A model generated the notes under the pieces. That model saw only the letters and a list, made by a program, of their open reading frames with translations, was not told the origin of the DNA and did no database searches. A stretch of 64,000 bases of DNA from Marsupella aquatica (lineage: Eukaryota; Plantae; Marchantiophyta), in assembly GCA_973895155.1 (NCBI GenBank), contig OZ316896.1, positions 10,489,525 to 10,553,524 on the forward strand. The letters are read 5' to 3'. Of the stretch, positions 1 through 12,079 are shown one piece after another (positions within the stretch are counted from its first letter, which is position 1; every line of letters begins with the position of its first letter). Made by a program: the position numbers and the translations under genes.

Positions 1-92
1 CAAAATGGACTAGGCAATGAACTATGTGCCCCAACTGACGTGTTAGAATTGGACAAGTAAAATCCCACTTCATAAAAGTAGTGGCAACTTAC

Positions 93-802
93 AAAGCACG
101 GCGCCTGATCCTTGACAATTCCTGCAGGCTGGAGCTGGAGCATCAGAGGATTCTGCAGCTGTTGACGCTTCCTCACTTGCCAATAAAAGGCCCACGCCAG
201 CACACATCGAACATAGCATATCCCTTCGTGAAATCCCAGCAGATGACTGCACGCAAAGTTATCAAATACTATGAACGGGAGAGTTTAATCTTAAAGAAGT
301 GTTCACCCTAACTATGGGAATCATAACCAAGAAATGTGCTGCACATTTCACAGGCCCTCACCTTGTCCTGCTCCTTTCCCTGCTCATCGTCGACGTGAAC
401 TCTGTAGCACAGATGAATTTCAGTTAGATTATTCCAACTAGGCAGCGGGGAGAACCAAGTCCTGGTGTCTAAATTTTAGAGGTGTTCCTAACTTCTGCAG
501 CAGCTCTACAAACGAATGGAAGGTCCAGTCGACAGAGATTTGCTTCAGGCCCTCTCGGACATGATTCAATGTGACATCTCGTGAAGTTAACGGTGATCCA
601 ACCACTGGGCCCCTCTTCTAAATTCGAGAAAAAATTACAGAAGGAGTGTTTGCTTCTGAATAAACCTGCGGGCGGCCTCCCTCGACACGGGTCGGGCATA
701 CTTGACAGCCACCTTCTTGCCGTCATCCCTCCTCCTGCTGACGCTGCTGCATCCGACCACAGCAGGGGCAGTGCAGAATGGTGCTCCTGCGATAGCGGCC
801 AT
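93..802 (-). CDS. PSA2: PSA2-like DnaJ-type zinc-finger thylakoid protein (photosystem I assembly), 5' exons; the gene continues beyond position 1
   Basis: Exons 802-666, 401-362 and 246-93 join with GT-AG sites in phases 2, 0 and 1. Translation: MAAIAGAPFCTAPAVVGCSS...EAARR-VHVDDEQGKEQDK-SSAGISRRDMLCSMCAGVGLLLAS...ACRNCQGSGAVLC. This shows a transit peptide, a Tat-like SRR plus hydrophobic segment, and the first CxxCxGxG repeat, as I recall for PSA2/EDA3. Confidence 0.8.
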
Positions 803-1233
803 GTCGAATTTTCACCGCTCTCGTCTCTCCTAAGCGAAGTGAAGGCGCTCCCTAACAGAAGTGTTGTCCGTCCGTCCGACCGTCCATCCGCAGCAGGAAG
901 CAATGCTTCACCCAACCTGAAACGAACGCTCCCGTGAGAAAAGGAGTAAGCAAGAACGTAAGAGAGGAAACGCTCCTGTCCCAACCCCAGCACCAGTGTA
1001 CAGCGAGAGGTAATGTAGATCGAGCAGATGATGCCACAATCAGTCCCAACGATCAACCACCAACAGAAGCATGGAGCTCGAGCAAACCTGGTAATCAATG
1101 ACCAGCAGCAAAACGGCTAGAGCAGATGTACCAAGAGCAAGCCCGGGCTCTGGAGCGGGGGTAGCAATGGAGCATCGACCTTAGATGCGACGGCGATGGA
1201 GAGTCCAGCTCTCGCAGCAGAGCACCTTTGAGC

Positions 1234-1290
1234 TCAGCTGGCGATGGCGATGGAGGTTGAGCAGCATGTGGCACCTGCGAGAGCCGCCAT
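1234..1290 (-). other. 18-codon upstream ORF paralogous to the PSA2 start region
   Basis: The ORF reads MAALAGATCCSTSIAIAS*. Its context cggtgaaaattcgacggcATGGCGGCTCTCGCAGG matches cggtgaaaattcgacATGGCCGCTATCGCAGG at the main start (802). Confidence 0.7.
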
Positions 1291-1599
1291 GCCGTCGAAT
1301 TTTCACCGTTTTCTTCTCGAAATTGATGTCAATGGTGGCAATGGACGGAACCCAATCTTCTTTCCGCTCATGAATCTTCTCTAGCTCATGAATCTTCTCT
1401 AGCTCATGAATCTTCCCCTGAAAAGAGTCCTCTCAGGACATAGACCGCTGTGCTTCATGAGGAGACGAGAAGAGAAGAAAAGAAGAGAGGACTCCTGTAG
1501 TGTAGTTAGAGGGAGGGGGAGGCCATGACAGGGCCACGGTGAAGGAATGGGATAGCGTTGGTGCGGAGGAGCGCAATCTCGATGATTTTTATTTTCTCT

Positions 1600-1646
1600 C
1601 CTAAACCCTCCGTGTGACTCAATAACTGGGCCCTACTAAACCCTCA
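1600..1646. promoter_or_regulatory. Telo-box-like and site-II-like motifs upstream of PSA2
   Basis: TAAACCCT occurs twice (~1602 and ~1637) around TGGGCC (~1627). They lie just upstream of a tract at 1460-1490 that is CT-rich on the - strand and resembles a 5'UTR. Confidence 0.4.
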
Positions 1647-1740
1647 ATGCCAAAGAATATTACCTTATGCTGGGTTCTACTAGACTAGCTTGACTATTTA
1701 GGTGACTATATATCAAAGTGCAAAATAACAGAAGGCGCCT

Positions 1741-2012
1741 GGGCCAGGGGATGAACCTAGCCTAGAACCGAGAGGGTCCCAGGTTAAGTCCCCTCTCCAC
1801 ATGCACAGGGTGTGGACTGTATGTGTGGGTGGTGGGAGTCTTGGTTTCTCCTTAGCCCGTGGTTGGCCTGTGGTTGGTCCACTTTTGGGCCCTACTTCAA
1901 CCCTCTCTCCCTCTTGGTCCCTGGGTATGGCTCCCTTGTGTCACATGCTCCAAAGCAGAACATTTATCCTCTATTGGATGGGTCTGTTTTTGGCTTTCAA
2001 GGCAAAAAAAAG
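1741..2012 (+). mobile_element. tRNA-derived SINE, copy 1 (A box missing)
   Basis: It has a B-box-like ggttaagtcc (~1782), a body shared with the copies at 7041-7357 and 15447-16095, and the 3' end ggctttcaaggcaaaaaaaa. Confidence 0.75.
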
Positions 2013-2029
2013 GCCCCCAGCCGAGAGAC

Positions 2030-2125
2030 ATGATCGTGTTGGGCATAGACGACATTCACAACGGTAAGCCCATGACACATCCAACGCACAAGTAATCAAC
2101 ACAAAAGAAACGTGATTCACCTCCT
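2030..2125 (-). repeat. Dispersed repeat family A (unclassified); other copies at ~4277-4385 (+) and ~28480-28585 (+)
   Basis: All three copies share the blocks gaggtga...cttgtg.gttggatg...catggg...c.caacac, aligned by eye. Confidence 0.5.
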
Positions 2126-2179
2126 CAAGGCTAAAAACACGACCCACATCCCTAGCTTCAGTTGTGCCCTCAAACCACA

Positions 2180-2250
2180 GTCTAGAGACTTCAACCTAGA
2201 CAATAGGCCCTCAACCCCAGACTTACATAGTGATCATATAGTTAGACTGA
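2180..2250 (+). repeat. Dispersed repeat family B; other copies at ~7674-7740 and ~54391-54465
   Basis: The shared core is gtctagag(a/g)cttca..ctaga...taggcc. Confidence 0.5.
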
Positions 2251-2559
2251 AATTTGTCAAGTATGGAGACTCACTTGCCAACTGTCTCATATCTGTGTGA
2301 CTGTGACACTCATATCTGTGTAACCTTCATTGACAACAGGCATGTACAATGACCCTCAGATCTGTGTGACCTTTTTGTTAGCATGTATAGTTATCCCCAG
2401 GTTTTATCCAATTTTACGGGACCCCCAAAAAACTAAAAATAATAAATTAAAAAGCTTATGGTCCACTTGAGCATCAACTTTCATCTAATGTACATCAAAT
2501 TATGGACCAATTGGAAAGATAGGACAAATGGATGATATTGCACCATATTTGAAGGCATT

Positions 2560-5500
2560 ATGGAAGAGGGAAAGGAAATAGAGAGACTAAAAGGAGACAT
2601 TCCTGCAGGTCAAGTGGAAGCTCAAGAAACAAATTTTGCACAAAAAATGGAGGGACATCATGATCAACTAAATCTAATAGAAGAAACACTTGAAAGGCTG
2701 TCAAAAGATTTGAAAATAATGACACAGTTCAAAAGCCATGTCAACAACATCAAACTTGAAGTGTCTACTTCCAACCTTGAAGGAGTTTCAGATGAGAGTC
2801 CACACTCCATTGATTCCAGTTTGTTACCCACACAAAAGGAAAGTACCATCAAATCCATCAACACCATGGCTTCTATATCAACCACACCAAAAGGTCTTGC
2901 AAATTCCAAACGATTTAAAGTTGACACAAGATGCAAAAATAGGTTACTTCATAATATGAGATTGTCTTCAAAAAAGGAGAAATGTGTGATCTTAATGGAC
3001 AAGAATCATCTTCAAGCAGCTCAAGGAAATGTAGGACCTCTTGAGGTAGAACAACTCTGTTGTGTCGGGCATGATCTTTTTGCCAAGCAAGATTGGAAGG
3101 GTGCTATGGAAACTTACTCTAAATGTATCCCCATACTTATGGAAGAAATTGAGAGCAATGTCAAGGATGAAGGGAAATCCCAAGTGAAGCAGCAAGAAAA
3201 TCTACTTTTGGTGGCATATTCAAATAGGGCCGAGACCCATTTGCGGCTGAGCAAATATGAGGATGCTCTCAACGATGCTACAAAGGTATGTACAACTCAA
3301 TTGTTGACAAATTCATCACAGTCCTCTCTTTCTATGTTTCAATGTTTTTCAGGTTAAATTCCCCTCATCCCTGGGTTTTACATGGAATTAACGAAGATAT
3401 AAAAATTTCTAACAAATGTTTATCAGGTTTTGTATTTCTCAAAACTCCCCCTAAGTTTGTCCTTGGTGAATCCAAGTAGTTCTTTTGTTTCACTGTAACC
3501 AATTGCACAATCTTGAAGTTTGCCCCTCATTTTATATATCAATGGGTTTGCTTAGCTAGACTAGACTAGCCTGAAATGTAAGTAATGAGCCTGTGGATAC
3601 GGGTATGGACATGTGGAGACTTGTAATTTGTCCAAGGTAACCACCTTCAATGTCAAAGTGGGGAAATGAGGAGGGCCAAAATACAGTATGTTTTTGCCCG
3701 TTTGTAGTAGTTGGCACCTGCATTCCAATGAGTTTTGGATCATGAGGGAATCAGTCCAAGGTGAAGTTCTAGTTGATGGAGGTTAGCTTGGGAAAATTGT
3801 GAGCCTCCATGTGTCCATCGCATGTCATCTCCAATTAGTCCAGTTTGAGGTCCAGTTGTGTTGAGGCAACCCATATACAAAGTGAGGGGCAACCTGAAAA
3901 CCAAAATAATAGTTTTGGGGGAAGATTGGTAATTTTGGCCAGTTTGGAGGATAGATGTGGGAATAAAATAGTAAAAATTAATTTGATGATATTACAAACT
4001 CTATTATAAATAATGTTAGGAATTTACTCTTAGTTCTAGAGTTACTATGTAACAAAAATTAGTCAAACTTACTCTAGTTAGGTGCTTGGTTACAGTTAGA
4101 TATGCTACTACCATATTCAATAGTAGCAGGACTTAGTCAGCAAGTAAAACTTAGCCTCATTGTTTTGAGCCAGTTGGGAAATGGCTAGGAAGAGCTTAGT
4201 TGATGGAGACTCGGTATTGCTGATGGCTTTAGAGTTCAGTTCTCTTCCGTGTTCTTGTGGATGTAGCCTCTGACTGGTGAGGTGACCCATGTATCTCGTG
4301 TGTCAAATACTTGTGTGTTTGTTGGATGTTGCACATGTGCATGGGAGTTATCTATGAGTAGAGGTAGTTTACTCAACACATAGGTCCAATTTATTAAGTT
4401 GATAGTTTATGTGGTTCAATGTGTAAAAGTTTTTTCCAAGGTAATTCTTAAAAACTTATTTGTGGTGAATATGTCCTTTAAATTGCAATTGAGGTGAAAT
4501 TTAGTTGCATATATTTTGATCAATTAAAGTGAAATGGGGTGGAATATGAGCCCTGATATGAGCTAACTAAGAAAATAAGTCGACAAAAAGACGACTGCAT
4601 AGTGTTACAAGTACACACGAAGGACATCAAGTTGATCAAGCCTGAAAAGCTACATGTATTGTGTTCTCTCAAACAAAGCATACCTTGGAATTATGATCAT
4701 TAACTCAACTGTCTTGCAGGCACTTGAATTGAACGGAAAACATTGGATAAGTCTTGTACGCAAGGGTAAAGCTTTGGATGGTCTAGAGCAATATGAGCAA
4801 TCTGTGGCATGCTATGTAGCTGCCCTTCGTGAGGAGCCAAAAGACAAACGCACCAAAAATGCTCTCATGCGAAGCAAAGTGAGCTATGAACAGGCTCACA
4901 AGGGTGTCTATGATCTAACAAAGTTCATTCTTAGTGGCTCAGAGGGTGATTTACCTTTCTGTCAGGACTTTGTAGGACCCCTAGAGATTCGAAGGTCCCC
5001 TCTTGGCGGTCGGGGCTTGTTTGCAACTAGAGATCTGGAAGTTGGGGAACTTGTGTTGGTAAGTTTTAATCATTTTATTAAACAGGAGACTCTGGCACAA
5101 AAGCTAATTGCAATAATGGACTAAGTACTATATATCTCTCACAACCAAAGCTCTATATATATCTTGTGTGGCTTCCAGAGATGAGTTCATTCTGCCATTT
5201 CTTTTGAGGAAGATTTCTCTCATTAATTTATCTTCCTAGCTCTTTATTTTGTGGCTATCAATCTGTCTACAATTATTCTGGGAATAAGTAAGCATCCATG
5301 CCTGGGAATTTTTAAACCTTGTTTTACATTTAGAGCTTCCACAAAGGCTGTATAAAAAAATTTGAGGTTGGCCATCACCACAATTAGTTGAATTTTTTGT
5401 CTTTTATTTTTTGTTGACCCTCTCAAAATAGCAAATTATTAGTGTTTTAAAATGAAAGGTGACAGTGTTAAATGTACTCTAGGATGCCAGTGGCAAAAAC

Positions 5501-8500
5501 CGGGAGGTCGAAAGAAACCAAACCAATGGGGCTATAGGAACAACCAACAAAACTGCCAGCTAGTGCCGCATTCCAACCAAAGAAACCCTGACCCACCAAG
5601 GCTATACCTTGGGTCAGGAATGAGTTATAATCAGACACCCAGACATAGGGGTGTCATAGGTCCTGTGACAACTTTAATTAGTGTGAATAGGGGGAATGAG
5701 CCTCCAGCAATCTAATTGTTTCTTTGTGGGCCTTGGAGAGCTAGTTTGCCGGTCCTTTTTCCAATGTCAGAGTTTTGAGCTTGCCTGTGAGGTTTGGTAC
5801 TAGCACTAGAGTGAACTTTTCTAACCTCGTGGTCACCATCATGTGTTCTATCATTATAGAATGCAGGTTATCACATGATATGACGGTAATTATGGTACCC
5901 ATCCTGTATTTCATGCTTCCATTTTCAAAATGAGTCTGGAATTCGGACTCGGGTCATGGTCTCCTTTCATATAATTTGGAATGATGTGGATGGGTGGAAT
6001 AAAATGAATTGATACTGACTGATACCAACAAAGACACTTCTAAGTATGTTGTGGTTGAACTGTAGGTGAGCAACGCCCTCTTAGTTGCACCTAGGGAGTC
6101 AATGGTGAGGGAACTATCAAGTTTAGTCTTACCTTCCAAGCGACGGAGGCAACAATTGTATACACTCTCAAGCAATATCAATAAAGATGTGGAAGAGGAA
6201 ATGGAGATCCCACCCATGGAATTGTTCACTCCTAGGAGATACCACAATTTGAAGCAAACAGCATGTTCATATGGTAGACAAAGCCAACTCTTCGATGAAG
6301 CCTTCAATCAAAATAAAGAGACAAAAGACCAACAAGGAAATTTGGATCGTATTGCACAAATTGTGGAGGTAAACATATATAACAGTCATGTTGTACTTAT
6401 TTTATAATGGCCAAAAAAGGCTTCTTTACTCGTGTCTTCTTGTGAAGGACCTTCTTGTGTAAGTTGTGAGTTCTAAAGATGTAATATATGTCATATTTTT
6501 CAACCTGCAAACATTTTCTGCTTATGAAAGCTGTCTTGGCATGTTAACCCATTTTCAGAATGTGTGCAAAGATAATAAAACAAATGGGATGGAAGGCATT
6601 CACTGCAAATTTTCACTACTGATTATTTTTGGTGTTTGGACAAAGTAACTACAAAATAATCAACCTTCCTTGGAATTATCCTCAAACCTTGTACATAATG
6701 ATGCAGGTAAATGCAGTAGATGTCATGGATGTGATTGCGTGTGCTGAACCTCAAAATGACCAGCAAAATTCAGCCTTTGGCAACTACAGTGGGTTGTGGC
6801 TTCTGCCATCATTTATTAATCATTCTTGCACTCCCAATTGTGTCACCAACACTCCAGCAGGTGCAATACTCAAAGTCTTTAATTCACACAACATGTATAT
6901 TTTCAGCAAAAATTGACTCAAATAGTCTAATAATTTCACAAAAAAATTGATCACTGAGATATTATTTGTCATACTACCCGAAGTGCCCTCCTGACTGCCT
7001 GTATTTTGAATGTAAATAGAGATGAGGACAGTCAAGCCTGCTTTTTTGCCTTGAAACCAAAAGCTGACCCATCCAACAAAGGATAAACTATCAACTCTGG
7101 AGCATGCACCTCTGTAGGGTAGCCCACAATTGGGGGGGGGGGGGTTCAAACCCAGGACCATGAGGAAGAGAGGGTTGGGCCAGAGCCCAAAGCTGGCAAG
7201 CCAGGGCTGAGGAGACCCCAGGACTCCCACCACTACACCCCACCCACAAACACACTCACCCTCCACAACCCTTGCATGTGGAGGGGGGATTGAACTAAGG
7301 ACCTCTTGGTTCTAGGCTCCTCCCCTGGCCAACTGACCACAGCCAGTTGGTTGACATTCAAGCCCGTTGCCCATTCACTGATTCATGTTTACTTGGTTTC
7401 CAGTGACCCCTCACATGCTGCGGCATTTTCAGAGACTCAGCTTGCCCCCAATCCCCATTTTCCACCCACAACCCCAACTTCAACTATGTTAGTGACTCCC
7501 GAGACGCTGCACTCTAATCTGTAGGCTCTGAACAATAGGTTCAGATCACTATAATATAAAGAGGTGACTGTTCACACGTTGCGCCATTTCCAGCGACTCT
7601 CTCTACCCTGATCCCAATTTTTGACCTACCACGCCACCTACACCCCAATTTCAATTATGCCCCCACAATCACCGTCTAGAGGCTTCAGTCTAGACCATAG
7701 GCCTGAATAGTAGGTTCACATTGCAATTATATAGCTAGATGCTTGTGCTTGTTCATGTAAAGAAACATCAGCATATCATATGTAAGCTCTAAGATTGACT
7801 ACATTGCCTCTCTTCTTTGTACAAAATACACACTTTGTCACTTGTTTAGTTACATATTGTTTTACATCTTGAGCCACTACTGATCAAGTAAATTAACTAT
7901 GGTCAACACCCAAGCAAGTTTTCACTATGAGATAGATAGCCATCCATGTCCTCTACCCTAACCACAACACCCTCACAAAACCTATATTTTGCTCCTGGTC
8001 CAACCCACTCCTGCCCCTCTTTGTTGGCTGCCCTACTCCCCCATCCCCCTTGTCAAGGGCAGGCAAGGGTGTCAGTTGACATTACATTCAGGATGTTGAC
8101 TACCATCCGATGAGGAAAACTAGCAGGATGTTGGACATTGGATTGTTTTGAGCTAGGCAGAGTTAATTTGCTTAATTAACAATAGATAAAGGTGGCAACA
8201 TGGTAATAAAACTAAAAACAGGTGGCCCTGGCATGTTACGAGACGGCAGCTGGAGCTCGACTGAACTTTAGGAAGTCAATAGTGATCCCTTTGGCCCTTG
8301 AACGCATCCCTGGGTGGCTCACAGATTCTGAATGTTTGGTGAGTGGGCCTGGTGAAGTGCAAAAGTATTTGGGGGCTCCTCTAGGGAGTGGTTTGAATGC
8401 GGAGCAGCTCCATAAATTTTGTCTGGATAAGGTGGCCGCTCGTCTGTCTTCCTGGACCAACAATCTTTTGTCTTTCACTGGTCGCTCATTGTTAGTCAAG

Positions 8501-11500
8501 CATGTGTTGCAAGCCATCCCGATCATGTCATGCATTTTAAGGCTTCGGCTGGCCTTACCAAGAAACTTATTGCTCTCAGCTGAGACTTTCTGTGGGGCTA
8601 TAATCCGGCTGGGGGGAAGAAGATCCCGCTTGTGGCATGGTCCAAGCTGACTCTCCCCAAGGTAGAGGGTGGACTGGGGTTCAAAGAATTCAAGAGTCAA
8701 TCGGAAGCTTTACTTGCACAGTGGTTCATCAAGGCACTCAACTCCCCAGAAGCGGAATGGTCCCGAATGCTGGCTGCTAATTTGGAGCTTATGGGATGGA
8801 AGAATTATAAGATTATCCGCAGGAACAAATATTCCTTCCTGGATAGGTTGCTCCTCTGCACACCGAGAATTGGCGGAGGCCTTCCTTATACTTCAGGGCT
8901 GTGGAAGTCGTGGGCCTTGGTGAGAGCACATCTCTCTTTTGTCCCTGGTGAGGGAGGGATCCCGGGACGCTGGAGTATTCAGGATACCCTGCGCTGCCTA
9001 GTAGAATTCAACTGTCTGCTGAACCTAGAGATCACAGGGATTGCAGCGATCGGTGGGAGACTGGGTATTAGAGTCATAAGGGATGGCTGGTGCGAGGAAG
9101 GAAGCTGTTGGAAGGACCTTCCACTACACTGGCACCATCTGAGGGGATTCACAACGGATCTTAGAGGGCTGGCCATGAAATTCCTGGTGAAAATATGGAG
9201 CTTACACTCGTGCGGTCTTGACAGGGTATCCACGGCTAAACAGTGGTGGTGGGCAGATAATGACAGGGTTTTGAAGGACTTCAAAATTGCTAATTGCAGG
9301 ATATATGACTTCCTTAGGCCCAAGCTTTCACTTACTACCCGCCTGAATCGCATCTGGTCAGTGTCCAAGTCGGAGCTGGAATGGAATGCTGGGTGGATGC
9401 GGCTATGGAGATCTGATCTTTCGGTTCGTGCCAAGACCTTCCTATGGAGGATTATTGTGGGTGGTCTGTTCACAGGCGAGCGGGCACTCAGGATTGATGT
9501 CAGCAATGGCGATTGTAAGCTGTGCGGAGGGCAGTTGGAGTCTATTCCGCACCAATTCTTTGGCTGTAGATTTGCCGTGCGCTGCTGGCAGAGGTGTCTG
9601 CTGACAGTGCCGTCACTCTGCCTGCCTGTTAGCGAGGGGTTAATTGCTCTTTTGGATGATGTGGTGGGTAAGGACCCCGTTCATTGTGTCAAGCTGTTTG
9701 TCATTTATCAGGTTCTGTGGTTGCTCTGGAGGGCTAGGAATGAGCATATGTTCTGCGTGGGGGCTGCTAGGACCTTTGACTGCGGGCTTGTGCTATCTGA
9801 GGTGGCAATCAATCTTTATGCGGTGGGTAGGGGACTTCCCTTCGGTAGGAAACAGTTGCGTCTGTTCGCGGCTAGGGACTGGATTGCATCCCAGCGTAGG
9901 TGCTGGTTGGGTTCTCGCCATAGTGGCTTTATTGTTGATCTTTGAGGTGGGCTTAGGCTTCCTGGCTGGGGTCTGGCTTTTGGCCCCCGTGCTTGGGGGG
10001 CTTCCCCCTGTGTGGGGCGGTGTGATGTGGTGCCTTGGGGCAATGCCCTGGGCTGCGTTTGGCTTGTTATGTGCTTCTGATGCCCTCGCTGGGCTGCTTG
10101 TTTCCCCTTTTCCGTGAGGTCCCGCAGTTTATTTATAAAGAAAACAAAGGAAAACTAAAAACAGTGGCAAAGAGTGTAATCTGACAAAAAAGTGGGCATT
10201 GTAGTGTATTTCAGTATTCAAACTTAACTTGTTTTATTTTATGCAAACATAATTAATTGGCAAAATTATGTTCATTCTGTTGGGTAACTTGGACTTGCTA
10301 GTACAATGTAAACTGTTGTAAGATACTTCATTGAGATCATTGCTTTTATGATGATCAACTATATAATATTTTTTGCCCATTCTTTTGTTCTTTTCTTTCT
10401 ATCTCTACTAGGTGCCTACATTTGGGTGTTGAGATCCAACAATGTGCTAAGTAAACAATATGTTCAAGTGTTCTCCTAAAACTAAAGAAGTGTGCTTCCA
10501 AAGTTCATGTACTCCAAGGATTAAAAATTGAGGAATTTCAGTCTCAATCAGTGTATACATCTTTGTGCCCTTCATGTCCAATGACCTTAATAGACTCTAT
10601 CCAATAACCTTCTCAATATATTGTAGGCATTGCATTTGTACGTGTATCTCGCCGCATTGAGTCTGGGGAAGAGCTCAATATTGCTTACTTTGATGTGATG
10701 AAAAGCCTTAAAGTGAGAAACAAAATGAGTCAACAATGTCACTTTGCATGCAAGTGCCCACGATGTGCTTGGGAACAAAGTTATCCCAAAGAGCTACAAA
10801 GTGCAAGAGAGAAGCTATTGGTACTGGTAAACAATGCAATCCTTGATTGTATGTAAGTAGAAGATCCAACTCCTTACTTGTCATTATAGATGATGGAAAA
10901 AATTGCTCAAATGATGACAAAAGGGTTTAAGGCTCAGATAGCTCAAATGATGGTATCCTAGATTGTTGTTAAGATTTTAGATGAAAGTCCAAATATGCAA
11001 TGATTACTTTTTTACAAAAATAAATAAATTTGACCTCTCCCATTCATTAAGCCAAAAAGCACTATGATTGGTAGAGCTGCAAATAAATGTTACTTTGTTA
11101 TTTTGAGCCATCCTTAAGTTTATTCCCAGGTTTGAAATAGAGTAAGATCTTTACTTTTTATTGCAGGAAATGTGCCTCTACCATCTCCCGATTGCGGATA
11201 TTACCACACCTTGCATCCCTTATCTTATCATTTGAAACAATAGTTCAGTCAGTAGACCTAGATTTGGATTATCAAAATTGGGTACGAGCTTCAATTATGA
11301 ATACATATCTTGCTGCATCAAGACTACTAATGTCAGCAAGAATGTATGTAAAGCCCACTAATAGGATTCAAATGCTCAACTTGTTGGTGGAGGCCATCAA
11401 AGCAGGTAAAACACACATAAATGGCTGCCCTGTTTATTAAATTTTCAAAAGAAAAAAAAGCAAAGTTAGATTAACTACAATATATTTCCTACTACCCTGA

Positions 11501-12079
11501 ATACTCAAACCATTTATTAAAAATTTGATTGAGACCCATGCCAGCATTTAAAAACAATGTTATTTATTTAAAAAGCGTTATGGTAGGTTAGTGCATTGAT
11601 GAATAATGAAAAGTTTGTTGCATGCACACATATGTCCACACCAATATCTTAATGTTGACATGATTGAATTGAGCATAGGTGGAGGGGGGGATGGTGAAGT
11701 GATGGGCATTGGAGTAGTGCTATTGAATCAGGTGGAATTGCACCATGGTATAGAAAGCAAAGAATACTGCAAGACTGAAGCTATGCTGAGGAACGTCTAT
11801 AAGATATTCCATGGAAATCTGACAAGGGACATTTTCCATTCAATGGTTGCTTCATACTCACAAAGTCTACTCAACAATTTTGCTAAAAAAGACCTACTGG
11901 AAGCTGTGGGTGATTTGTATGAGGCTCTAGTGCAATTGCGAGACACATTCACAACAAATATTGCCCACTTCAACCAGTTACGGGATGGAATTCACTCTCG
12001 AGATGTGGATCAAATTATCAATCACAATTGCAAAGATGATGAAATGTCAATATTGGAGTTTCTGTCAAATATCAAGTAG
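2560..12079 (+). CDS. TPR-repeat plus SET-domain lysine methyltransferase (SMYD/ATXR1-SDG35-like), about 795 aa
   Basis: Exons 2560-3285, 4720-5058, 6066-6368, 6707-6860, 10627-10852, 11167-11405 and 11679-12079 total 2388 nt, in frame, all GT-AG. TPR motifs: GHDLFAKQDWKGAMETY, AYSNRAETHLRLSKYEDALNDA, RKGKALDGLEQYEQS. SET motifs: GRGLFATRDLEVGELVL, FINHSCTPN, GEELNIAY. Post-SET: FACKCPRC. Confidence 0.9.
7041..7357 (-). mobile_element. tRNA-derived SINE, copy 2 (near full length), in intron 4 of the TPR-SET gene
   Basis: On the - strand it has A-box-like tggtcagttgg, B-box gttcaatcc and the tail caaggcaaaaaa. A probable target-site duplication is tcaagcc(t/c)g at 7032-7040 and 7358-7366. Confidence 0.8.
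8222..10150 (+). mobile_element. 5'-truncated L1-clade LINE (RT thumb plus zf-RVT, frameshifted) in intron 4 of the TPR-SET gene
   Basis: Motifs include KYLGAPL, LSFTGRSLLVKHVLQAIP, LPKVEGGLG and the zf-RVT CKLCGGQLESIPHQFFGC. It has an A-rich 3' end and a perfect 14-bp target-site duplication aaaactaaaaacag at 8208-8221 and 10151-10164. Confidence 0.92.

Noticed and set aside
469-1098. 209-aa ORF on the - strand
   Set aside because: It overlaps PSA2 exon 1 in a different frame plus intron and UTR sequence. The spliced PSA2 model explains the region better.
7290-7345. tRNA gene suggested by A/B boxes
   Set aside because: It forms no complete cloverleaf and continues into the SINE body and A tail, so it is a SINE head.
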